Positions 9,528 through 19,730 are shown, counted from the whole stretch's first letter. The stretch is 59,698 nucleotides of DNA, filler included, from 6 parts of 6 records of this genome joined end to end with filler, not necessarily neighbours in it, one strand, 5' to 3'. Numbers and translations are program-made. The notes: generated by a model not told the origin, from the letters alone.

Positions 9528-9562
9528 TTGACCTTAATGCCTGGAAATTGACCCAACTGTCC
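9528..9562 (-). promoter_or_regulatory. Tandem direct repeat with 20-bp period, candidate AraC-family binding site
   Basis: Minus strand reads GACA-GTTG-GGTCAA and GGCA-TTAA-GGTCAA (TTGACC at 9528 and 9548 on +), between the divergent PLP enzyme and AraC genes. Confidence 0.4.
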
Positions 9563-9636
9563 ACGGTTGGCAGATGATCAGCGCGCCGGACTGTAGTACC
9601 TTAAGGCAACGATTCACAGTTCACACACGCCAAACC

Positions 9637-10686
9637 ATGCACAAGGCCAGCCCAGACAACGATGCAATGCAGTACACCGTTGCGGTGCACTTCCTGCGAT
9701 TGCTCACCGATTACTGCGACGCTAACGGTCTGCCTGCCTCACAGCTACTGGAAAGCCACGGCCTGCCTGTTGAACTGCTGGAACAACCCGAAAAACGCAT
9801 CCCCTACCTCTGTTATGCAAGCATGCTCGACAGTGCCGCAGCGCAGTTGCGCGACCCGCACCTGGGCTTGCATATGGGCCAGTTCGTGCGACCAGGACAT
9901 GTGGGGGTGGGCGCGCTGGCGCAGTTCGCCTGCGCCAATGTAGAACAGCAAGTACAGCGCTTAGTGCGTTACTCGGGTTTAGATTACGACGCTTTCCGGG
10001 ACGAGGTGGTGCACGAAAACGGCGATGTTGTGCTGCGCTGGCATTGTCTGTTGCCGCCGGAAATCGCCCTTAGCCACCACCATGCCGAGCTCAACTTCGC
10101 CGTTGTCAAAACCCTTGCTCCTCAGTTTACCGGCAGCGATATTCGCGCCACGTGGATCCGGTTTCGGCATCCAGCACCGGAAGACAGCGAAGAATTGCAA
10201 CGCTTCTTCGGCTGCCCGGTATATTTCGATGCCGACGTCGACAGCCTCGCCTTCCCGGAGGCGGCACTGGATTTGCCGATACAAATGGCCAATGTTCAGG
10301 CGCTGGCCATGCTCGACGACATTTGTGAACAACAACTGAAGCAGCTAAGCCGGGCGCAGCCGCCGCAATGGCTGAAAGATTGCAAACGCAGCATTGCCGA
10401 GCAACTGCATAACGGCACCCCGGACCTAAGCCACGTCGCACAGAAACTGGAGGTCAGCCCACGCAAGCTGCGGCGCCTGCTGGCTGAGCAAGAGCTGAGC
10501 TTTCGGCAATTGATCGACGAACTGCGTCAAACCCTGGCCGAGCAGTATATGGCTGACCCGGAACTGAGCCTGGCGGATGTCGCAGCACTGCTGGGGTTCT
10601 CAGAACAAAGCGCATTCCAGCGCGCCTATCGCCGCTGGACAGGCGAGTCACCGGGGAAAAGTCGCCGCTCGGCGCGCAGTGAATAA
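9637..10686 (+). CDS. AraC/XylS-family transcriptional regulator (SphR/OruR-like subfamily)
   Basis: N-terminal sensor domain with LGLHMG and FFGCPVYF; C-terminal double HTH LSLADVAALLGFSEQSAFQRAYRRWTGESP. Start uncertain (9574, 9637 or 9664). Confidence 0.92.
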   Translation: MHKASPDNDAMQYTVAVHFLRLLTDYCDANGLPASQLLESHGLPVELLEQPEKRIPYLCYASMLDSAAAQLRDPHLGLHMGQFVRPGHVGVGALAQFACANVEQQVQRLVRYSGLDYDAFRDEVVHENGDVVLRWHCLLPPEIALSHHHAELNFAVVKTLAPQFTGSDIRATWIRFRHPAPEDSEELQRFFGCPVYFDADVDSLAFPEAALDLPIQMANVQALAMLDDICEQQLKQLSRAQPPQWLKDCKRSIAEQLHNGTPDLSHVAQKLEVSPRKLRRLLAEQELSFRQLIDELRQTLAEQYMADPELSLADVAALLGFSEQSAFQRAYRRWTGESPGKSRRSARSE

Positions 10687-10697
10687 GCCCGGGCGTG

Positions 10698-10797
10698 NNN
10701 NNNNNNNNNNNNNNNNNNNNNNNNNNNNNNNNNNNNNNNNNTTAATTAATTAANNNNNNNNNNNNNNNNNNNNNNNNNNNNNNNNNNNNNNNNNNNN
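10698..10797. other. Artificial contig-join linker
   Basis: N-run + TTAATTAATTAA (stops in all six frames) + N-run; composition changes across it. Confidence 0.99.
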
Positions 10798-10808
10798 GTC
10801 CACACAAA

Positions 10809-10833
10809 GATACTGAAACAAGTTCAGTATGAC
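10809..10833. repeat. REP-like extragenic palindrome
   Basis: GATACTGAAACAAGTTCAGTATGAC: hairpin with ATGAC foot, located at a contig end. Confidence 0.5.
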
Positions 10834-11132
10834 CGCCCAGTTTATTAAGGTGATCTAGATATTTTCCACCACCGAATTACATACCATGTATAACTCTGAC
10901 TTGAGGCAATAAGCTCTTTCAAGTCTTTAGTGAAGCTGTGACTTAAAAAAATCTTTAAACATGAAGTCTCAGATTCCTTTCCTCGTCTGAAATGGCCTTA
11001 CTAAAACTAAGGCAATACATCGTTCTCTGAAAATGGAGTCTCTCCGCTGGAGTTACGCTCGTTAATTCATACAAACACTTTTTTATAAGATTATCTTAAG
11101 ATTTAAAGGAAATAAGTACTCTACCCTTTAAC

Positions 11133-11165
11133 AAAAAAAAGGCTGCAGATTATTAATCTGCAACC
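11133..11165 (-). terminator. Intrinsic terminator of the OmpA/PD40 gene
   Basis: Minus strand GGTTGCAGAT-TAATA-ATCTGCAGCC followed by T8. Confidence 0.8.
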
Positions 11166-11213
11166 CGTTCAGGAGTGACCGTTAAGGTCTCCAGTCTCGT
11201 TAAATTTGTTCGT

Positions 11214-14063
11214 TTAGAATGAAAGCCCTGCTCTAAGCATTATTCCAGAAGTCCCTCCGCCTGATTGCAGACCAATACCTCCAGAGATAAACTTAAATTT
11301 AGCACGAGCTCCTAGCTCTAGCCAGCTTGGTGCTGTAGCATTAGATATAATTCTATCACCATTGCCCTGTGCTTTGTTTGTAGCTTTAAAGTCAACTAAG
11401 CTTAAAGCATTCCAATGATACGATGCATAAGGAGATATTTTGATCTCGCTCACCTTCATATTATATCTTACTCTAGCCATTAACGGAACGCCAATTCCTA
11501 TTAGATAACTATCAATCTTATTCCCTGTTGCTGGAAAATCCGTAGTTGTTTTGTTATAAACCATGTAAGCACTCAGGCCGTAATCAAAAGAAAGAGGCAG
11601 TTTGGTAAGACTACTGATGTCTTTAAAGCGATTCCATTCTACTCCTCCACCGATTGCATCACCTAAAAAGTAGCCCCAAAAATTACGCTCGCCTTTACCT
11701 GAAGCAGAAAACAGTGCAACGCCTGCTCCTTTTACTTGTGTATAGCCATGTGAGCCACCACCAGTATGCGTTAAGAAAGAAATACTTGTGCCACTAAAAG
11801 CGCTTATATCATCTCCTGCTGAATCAATAAACCATGCTTCTGAGAGGCTATTAGAAGAACTTCTCTTTCTTGTATTGGTGTTGCGAGTGTTTGTGGTTGC
11901 AACAGTATTTGAATTATAGTTGTTGTTATCATAACAAGCAGCACCTTTTGGTATACCTCCAGCAATTGCAGCCTGACGATATAATTCATACAGATTCTCA
12001 CTAGAAGCTTCTTTTTCAACTTGTTCTGCAAGTAACCCACCGGTGCCTTCTTGGCTACCGCTACTTAGTACTTTCACTTCAACACGACGGTTTTCTTGGC
12101 GGCCTTCAGCGGTTTCGTTTGTTGCTCGAGGATCATTCTCTCCATATCCTTTTGCAGAAATTCTCGCACTAGAAATCCCTTTATTAATTACATAATTAAC
12201 TACAGATTCTGCACGTGCTTGGCTCAATTCCATGTTAGTATCATCAGAACCAACGTCATCCGTGTAACCACCGATTTCGATAACTAGAGTTGATTGAGTC
12301 ATGATATCGAATAAACGGTCTAGCTCTTGCTGACTTTCATCTCGTAGATTTGCACTACCAGTATCAAAGTAGATATTCTCAAGAACGATGCGAGCGCCTT
12401 CGTTAGCTTCAGTAAGAGAGATATCTTTGCGAACTTCTTTGTAGCCTGAATTATCTTCTAAAAAGCTCATTCTAGATCTACGAATGGCATCATTCAAATC
12501 TGCTTGAGCTTTATTCATCTCTTTACTTAGCTCTGATAAACGGTCGTATTGATCATCTAAATTTGAGGAGTTTGATGAAATGAGGATCTCGTATTCATTC
12601 TTACTGTCATCAATTCTTTTGAGTGCATTTCGCATTCTAAATAACTCTGGCCCTAGCTTTTCTGAGAACGCTATAGAATCTTCAACCATGGTTTTCAAAT
12701 CTAACATTTCAGACTGAAACAGATAACCTTTTTGGTTTGCTGTGATTAGATATCTTCTCCCAAATGGTAAGTTGATAAGATAATCTCCAGTTCTAGAGTT
12801 ACTAGTTGCATATCCCAACTGCTCACCTGTATCAAAATCTGTCCAAAATAATGTCGCAGCAATTAAGCTATCGTTTTGATTGGTAATACTTCCGTAGATA
12901 CTTACTACTGGATCTGGACGCATATCTGCAGGTAAAATCAATCTGAAGATGTCATCATCACCAAAACCATCATTTCCCTCACCTGTTGTACTCCTTGTAA
13001 AATAGGCTACCGTTCCTGACGCCGGTATTGTCAAATCTTCATCGTTTACAACTGAGTTTATATTCTTACCCAAGTTTACAGGGGTAGTCCAGTTCTCCCA
13101 TCCATCGCCTATTCTTCGTGTAACAAACACATCTTGACCTCCAAATCCTGCGTGTCCATCTGAAGAGAAATATAAAGTTCTGCCATCAGCGTTTAAAAAT
13201 GGCCACACTTCGCTTTTTGGGGTGTTAATTACGTTAGAAATTGGCTTAGGGGTTGTCCAAGCTCCATTCTGTAAATGGGTGATATAAATATCCGTCTCGT
13301 AATCTGCATCCTCTTCGCTCTTGCGATCTTTGTATGCTACAAATATTAAAGTTTTCCCGTCTGGCGAAAGGTTAGCCATCGACTCCCATTCATCTGAGTT
13401 CACATCTCCACCCATATTACAAGGAGTGGTCCATCTATCACCTACTTTAGCGCTATAAAAAAAATCGCCGCCGCCGAAACGACCTTCGTAGTTTCCAAAA
13501 ACGATTGCTGTATTTCCATCAGCTGACATAGATAAAATCCCCTCGTGGCTATCAGTGTTAATAGTTGAGCCCATATTTAATGGCTTTCCCCAATTACCAT
13601 CACTCTGTTTGTTAGTATACCAAACATCACCGCCTCCAAATCCATTATCACGGTCTTTGGAATAGAAATACATTTTATTTCCATCTGACGAAATTCGTGG
13701 AAGTATTTCTCCAAGGCTAGAATTTATATTCGCTCCTAAATTCTCAATGTAAACATCTTCTTCTGGACCTTTTAATAGATTTATAATGGTATTCACATCT
13801 GCCTTTTTCGCTTTTGGATATTTATCGCGATATGCCTCATACATAGATATCGCTTTATCCCATTCTTTAAGTGCGGTATAACTTTTACCAGCCCACAGAT
13901 AAAATTCTGGATCTTTGACAGCCGCTTGTTCATATTTATTAGCAGCCTGTTTATACTTTCCGCTATCGTATAAATCGCTCGCACTTTGAGCCGATAGCGA
14001 GTTTGTGTATGTGGCGATTAGAATTGCAAAGAGCATTCCTAAGCCGATTCTATTAATTTTCAT
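11214..14063 (-). CDS. Exported TPR / PD40-repeat / OmpA-C peptidoglycan-binding protein (PorE-like architecture) with an extra C-terminal beta-rich domain
   Basis: Signal peptide; TPR-like helices; repeated INS/INT...P...DG.T.YF.S.R..GFGG.D PD40 motifs; NIYFDTGSA...IGGYTD...NMELSQARA...GRQENRRVEV; about 200 aa amphipathic tail ending GLSF. Confidence 0.85.
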   Translation of the reverse strand: MKINRIGLGMLFAILIATYTNSLSAQSASDLYDSGKYKQAANKYEQAAVKDPEFYLWAGKSYTALKEWDKAISMYEAYRDKYPKAKKADVNTIINLLKGPEEDVYIENLGANINSSLGEILPRISSDGNKMYFYSKDRDNGFGGGDVWYTNKQSDGNWGKPLNMGSTINTDSHEGILSMSADGNTAIVFGNYEGRFGGGDFFYSAKVGDRWTTPCNMGGDVNSDEWESMANLSPDGKTLIFVAYKDRKSEEDADYETDIYITHLQNGAWTTPKPISNVINTPKSEVWPFLNADGRTLYFSSDGHAGFGGQDVFVTRRIGDGWENWTTPVNLGKNINSVVNDEDLTIPASGTVAYFTRSTTGEGNDGFGDDDIFRLILPADMRPDPVVSIYGSITNQNDSLIAATLFWTDFDTGEQLGYATSNSRTGDYLINLPFGRRYLITANQKGYLFQSEMLDLKTMVEDSIAFSEKLGPELFRMRNALKRIDDSKNEYEILISSNSSNLDDQYDRLSELSKEMNKAQADLNDAIRRSRMSFLEDNSGYKEVRKDISLTEANEGARIVLENIYFDTGSANLRDESQQELDRLFDIMTQSTLVIEIGGYTDDVGSDDTNMELSQARAESVVNYVINKGISSARISAKGYGENDPRATNETAEGRQENRRVEVKVLSSGSQEGTGGLLAEQVEKEASSENLYELYRQAAIAGGIPKGAACYDNNNYNSNTVATTNTRNTNTRKRSSSNSLSEAWFIDSAGDDISAFSGTSISFLTHTGGGSHGYTQVKGAGVALFSASGKGERNFWGYFLGDAIGGGVEWNRFKDISSLTKLPLSFDYGLSAYMVYNKTTTDFPATGNKIDSYLIGIGVPLMARVRYNMKVSEIKISPYASYHWNALSLVDFKATNKAQGNGDRIISNATAPSWLELGARAKFKFISGGIGLQSGGGTSGIMLRAGLSF

Positions 14064-14160
14064 TTTTTGTACTCCTGAGTTGAACTACCAACTGCATTAT
14101 TCCGCACACTGATAGCTAATTATTAATGACGGTTTAATATTGCTCAGTAGAGCACGGCTT

Positions 14161-14184
14161 TAAATACCCGAATTAGGGTATTTA
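14161..14184. promoter_or_regulatory. Perfect 9-bp inverted repeat in a divergent intergenic region (candidate TF operator)
   Basis: TAAATACCC-GAATTA-GGGTATTTA. Confidence 0.5.
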
Positions 14185-14350
14185 TGGAGTACAGCGAATT
14201 AGGCTCGAAGTAATAATGATGACTACTCGTTACATAAATACTTCGAGAATCTCCCATTCTCTCTCTATTTTAATTAAAAACATCAATTTTAGATAATTTG
14301 CACTTCCTGTTCGCAATTAATCGCGCCGTTTCTGTATCTTATATATCTAA

Positions 14351-14896
14351 ATGAATTTATTTCGTTCAAATATCCCCAAAATCTATGTAACGCTTACGCT
14401 CTTAATAAGCTTTGCGCTGCATTTTATGCAACCGGTTAGCGAGTCGGCTAAGCATTCTGCGTTTACATCGTGGTTAGGTACCCATCTAGTTAACGATGAC
14501 GATGCGAATGTGCGTAAACAACTAAAAGAGTTGGGGAATTCTACGGATGAGTTAGAAGCGATTATTAGAAAGGCTTCTGAACTTGTTACAACGAATGCAG
14601 AAGACTTCGAACTTGATTTTCAGAAGTCTGATCAGAATGAAATATTCAAACTTTTGCTTACTGAGTGGAATTCTTATATGGATTCTCAACAAGGTATGGC
14701 GAAAGGGGTTGTTATTACCTCTCTAAAATCAAATGCTATTCAGCAGAATGATGGTAAAACACTTTTTAAAACAACTTTTCCTGATGTAAACTCACACAAA
14801 GTTTACCTTTCAAACTCCATTCGCTTTCAAAAGGCTTTATCAGTTAGTTCTACTACTGAACCTCTTGCCTTTGGGATTGCTATAGGCGCCCCATAG
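14351..14896 (+). CDS. Hypothetical secretory/membrane protein upstream of secD (candidate translation-arrest monitor peptide)
   Basis: 181 aa; hydrophobic segment IYVTLTLLISFALHFM near the N-terminus; ends PLAFGIAIGAP-stop. Confidence 0.7.
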   Translation: MNLFRSNIPKIYVTLTLLISFALHFMQPVSESAKHSAFTSWLGTHLVNDDDANVRKQLKELGNSTDELEAIIRKASELVTTNAEDFELDFQKSDQNEIFKLLLTEWNSYMDSQQGMAKGVVITSLKSNAIQQNDGKTLFKTTFPDVNSHKVYLSNSIRFQKALSVSSTTEPLAFGIAIGAP

Positions 14897-15058
14897 CACC
14901 CAATAAGTAACTTCAGGTATATTTATGAGAGCAGTTACTATATATAGCTTGCTCTACTTAATTTCTAGTTCCATAGAGAATCTAGCTGTTGCCTGATATT
15001 CTTATTCTCTTTCGAATTTATTTTTAAAACTAATATTTAACATATAATCTAATACACC

Positions 15059-16870
15059 ATGCAAGGAAACGGATTCAAAATTGGCCTTATAGTAGCTTTT
15101 GTGGCCATGACTCTCTACTACCTGTATCCAACCGTAATCTGGGGATTGGAACAGAAACAAATAAGCGAGCTCACTACTGAAGAGAGCGCTCAATATGAAC
15201 TTGAAAATGCAGAACGCTTAAAAAGCATTAAAGAGAAAACGCTTAATCTTGGTCTTGATCTCCAAGGTGGTATGCACGTAACTCTTGAAGTTGGTACACC
15301 TCAACTTGTTCTTGAATTATCTGGAGCTGATCGTGACAGTGTTCTTAACAATGTTGTTGCAGAAGCTCGTGTAAATGCATTAGCAAACGACACTGACTTT
15401 ATCGACGAAATGCTAGTTGCTTATGAAAATCGCGATGCTAACGCTCGTTTAAGCCGTTACTACCGTAATGATGCAGCAAGTATTACGCGCCGTTCTACCA
15501 ACGATGAAATAATCACTTTTCTTAAAGCTCAGCGTACAGAAGCGTTAAATAGAGCTATTGAAATTATTAGAACTCGTGTGGATCGCTTTGGTGTAACTGA
15601 GCCTTCCATCATTAAACAAGGAAACGACCGTATTGTGGTTGAACTTCCTGGTGTAGATGACAAAGAACGTGTTCGTAACCTACTAAAAGGAACTGCTCGT
15701 CTTGAATTTAGATTAGCTGCTGATGGAAAAGACTTTCTATCATTTATCCAAAAAGTATACGACTACTACTCTCAAGTACCTGAAGCTGGTGCTGACAGTT
15801 TAGAACAAGCTTTTTCTAATCCATTGATGGATGCATTAACTCCAGGCGACAATTCTTATGTTCTTGGCTACGCCCAAGATGCCGATACATCTCGTGTAAT
15901 GGCTTTGATTAAAGATCCTGCTGTTCAGAGAATGTTACCTAGAAACACTACGGTTATGTGGGGTGCAAAACCTACTAGAAATAGTTCTGGAGCAAGCATT
16001 GGTTATCCTCTATACGGTGTAAGAACTCAAGTAGAATTAACTGGTGATGTTATTGAAGAAGCGAGCGTACAGTTCGACCCTGCTACCAACGTACCTGAAG
16101 TTTCTATGTCGATGAACGCTGCTGGCGCTCGTCGCTGGGGAATCATCACTGGTGCAAACATTGACAAGCCTGTTGCTGTTGTTCTTGATGGCTACGTTTA
16201 TACTTATCCAAACGTGAACACAAAAATTACTGGCGGCCGTTCTACAATTGAAGGAATGGAAAATGTTCAAGAAGCTGATGACCTTGTAAACATTCTTCTT
16301 TCTGGTGCTCTTCCAGCTCCTCTTGAAATTCTAGAAGAACGTACTGTAGGCGCAACCCTTGGTGAAGCTTCTATTAATGCAGGTTTAAACTCTGTATTTA
16401 TTGGTTTAGGTATCGTAGCCATTTTTATGATTGTTTACTACCGCACTGGTGGTGCAGTAGCCGATATCGCATTGCTACTTAATATTGTATTTATACTTGG
16501 TATTCTAGCTGGCTTCAGAGCTACGCTAACACTTCCTGGTATTGCTGGTATCGTATTAACAATTGGTATGGCGGTAGATGCCAACGTACTAATATTTGAT
16601 CGTATTAGAGAAGAGCAACGTAGTGGAAAAACTATGAAAGCTGCCATCTCGGCGGGTTACTCAAATGCAATGAGCGCAATTATTGATGCCAACGTAACCA
16701 CAGGTTTTGTGGCAATTATTCTACTGAGTTTTGGAGTAGGCCCAATTAAAGGCTTTGCTGTAACTCTATTAGCTGGTATTTGCTGCTCACTATTTAGCGC
16801 AATCATTATTACACGTGTAGTAATCGATTACTTAACTCGCAACAAAGCCGATGCTGTTAGCTTCGGTTAA
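15059..16870 (+). CDS. secD: Protein translocase subunit SecD
   Basis: LNLGLDLQGG, RVDRFGVTEP, IVVELPG, GALPAP, TLPGIAGIVLTIGMAVDANVLIFDRIRE. Confidence 0.97.
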   Translation: MQGNGFKIGLIVAFVAMTLYYLYPTVIWGLEQKQISELTTEESAQYELENAERLKSIKEKTLNLGLDLQGGMHVTLEVGTPQLVLELSGADRDSVLNNVVAEARVNALANDTDFIDEMLVAYENRDANARLSRYYRNDAASITRRSTNDEIITFLKAQRTEALNRAIEIIRTRVDRFGVTEPSIIKQGNDRIVVELPGVDDKERVRNLLKGTARLEFRLAADGKDFLSFIQKVYDYYSQVPEAGADSLEQAFSNPLMDALTPGDNSYVLGYAQDADTSRVMALIKDPAVQRMLPRNTTVMWGAKPTRNSSGASIGYPLYGVRTQVELTGDVIEEASVQFDPATNVPEVSMSMNAAGARRWGIITGANIDKPVAVVLDGYVYTYPNVNTKITGGRSTIEGMENVQEADDLVNILLSGALPAPLEILEERTVGATLGEASINAGLNSVFIGLGIVAIFMIVYYRTGGAVADIALLLNIVFILGILAGFRATLTLPGIAGIVLTIGMAVDANVLIFDRIREEQRSGKTMKAAISAGYSNAMSAIIDANVTTGFVAIILLSFGVGPIKGFAVTLLAGICCSLFSAIIITRVVIDYLTRNKADAVSFG

Positions 16871-16905
16871 TAACAAGACATTAAAACGATTTAAAGGAAT
16901 ACATT

Positions 16906-17817
16906 ATGAGATGGTTTGAATCACCAAACATTAATTTTGTAGGTAACAGAAAGGTTGCCTACATAGTATCAACTATTTTAGTTTTGATATCTATAGGTGC
17001 CATAGTTACAAAAGGGCTACAATACGGAATCGATTTTAAGGGTGGTAAAGAAATTATCCTTAAGTTCGACCAACCAATTGACGCCACAAAGATACGAGAT
17101 GTACTGTCTGAGCCCTTAGGCTCTGCACCAGAAGTAAAGCTTTTTGGTTCTGATAGCGAAGTACTTATCCGTACCGAAAACTTGTCGGATATGGATGTAA
17201 TTGAGAACATAATTGTTACAACTTCACAAACGGCTTATCCCGGCTACAAAGTAACCGTAGAGAAGTCTGATAAGGTAGGGCCTAAGTTTGCAGAAGATCT
17301 CAAAGCGAGTGCTTTGGAATCGGTAATCTATGCCATTGCCATTATCTTCTTCTACATTTTAATTCGATTCCGTAATTGGACATTCTCCGCTGGTGCGGTA
17401 CTCGCTCTGATGCATGATGTTATCATCACATTAGGAGCTTTTACCATTCTCAGCAGCTTTGTTAGTTTCAGTCTTTTAATCGATCAAAATATAATCGCTG
17501 CTTTCTTAACTATTGTGGGTTACTCGCTCAACGACACCGTGGTTGTATACGATAGGATTAGAGAAAATAGCAATGTTCACAAAGGAATGGATTATATTCC
17601 GATGGTTAATAAAAGTCTAAACGACACTTTAAGCCGAACTGTAATCACTTCATTAACTACCTTGTTTGTGGTTCTTGTGCTGTTTATTTTCGGGGGTGAG
17701 GTGTTAAAAGGATTTTCTTTTGCCCTTATAATCGGTATTGTTCTTGGTACATATAGTTCTTTATTTGTTGCCAGTGCATTAGTGGTAGAACTTGAAGCCA
17801 AAACAAAGAAATCCTAA
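16906..17817 (+). CDS. secF: Protein translocase subunit SecF
   Basis: GIDFKGG, VGP, HDV, GYSLNDTVVVYDRIRE, TLSRTVITS, GTYSS. Confidence 0.97.
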   Translation: MRWFESPNINFVGNRKVAYIVSTILVLISIGAIVTKGLQYGIDFKGGKEIILKFDQPIDATKIRDVLSEPLGSAPEVKLFGSDSEVLIRTENLSDMDVIENIIVTTSQTAYPGYKVTVEKSDKVGPKFAEDLKASALESVIYAIAIIFFYILIRFRNWTFSAGAVLALMHDVIITLGAFTILSSFVSFSLLIDQNIIAAFLTIVGYSLNDTVVVYDRIRENSNVHKGMDYIPMVNKSLNDTLSRTVITSLTTLFVVLVLFIFGGEVLKGFSFALIIGIVLGTYSSLFVASALVVELEAKTKKS

Positions 17818-17839
17818 AGTATAAATTAACAAGGAAGAT

Positions 17840-18184
17840 ATGAGCTTTAATACGTCTGAACGTTACAATAGTGTAGTTATCGAATTTAAAGGTAACGTAA
17901 TGGGTGGCCCGGATGCGGTTAGCCTGAACGAAAAACTTCATGAGCTAATCGACGCTGGGAAAAACAACATTGTTGTAGATCTTGGTAAGGTAAAGTTTAT
18001 GAATTCTTCTGGACTTGGAATGCTGATTGGCGCGCTAACAACCATGCGGAAAGCTGGTGGCGACCTTCGCATTGCAAATGCAACCGATAAAATCGAAAGC
18101 TTACTTATTGTTACTAAGCTTATCACAGTGTTCAAGCACTTTAAATCGGTTGAAGAAGCTGCTGAATCATTCAACGAAGCTTAA
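17840..18184 (+). CDS. STAS-domain anti-sigma-factor antagonist (RsbV/SpoIIAA-like)
   Basis: IVVDLGKVKFMNSSGLGMLI. Confidence 0.9.
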   Translation: MSFNTSERYNSVVIEFKGNVMGGPDAVSLNEKLHELIDAGKNNIVVDLGKVKFMNSSGLGMLIGALTTMRKAGGDLRIANATDKIESLLIVTKLITVFKHFKSVEEAAESFNEA

Positions 18185-18199
18185 ATGATTCGTTTCTAA

Positions 18200-19534
<1,335 letters not shown>

Positions 19535-19581
19535 GCCGGTGAAATCTTTTCTTCGGAAATGAGCTTTCTGAGTTTTTAATT

Positions 19582-19615
19582 AAAGTCTCATCCTCAAAAG
19601 GGTGAGACTTTTTTT
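19582..19615 (+). terminator. Intrinsic terminator after purA
   Basis: AAAGTCTCATCCT-CAAA-AGGGTGAGACTTT followed by a T-run. Confidence 0.8.
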
Positions 19616-19705
19616 GCGTAATACTTGAGGTTTACCTTCTGAATTAGCTCCACTCAAGTGAAGATTATAACCGCAATTGATTAATACTTCTCGTTATTCC
19701 TCCCC

Positions 19706-19730
19706 AGATTCCTGCCTTCGCAGGAATGAC
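19706..19730. repeat. REP-like extragenic palindrome
   Basis: AGATTCCTGC-CTTC-GCAGGAATGAC; same GAT...ATGAC frame as 10809-10833. Confidence 0.55.
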
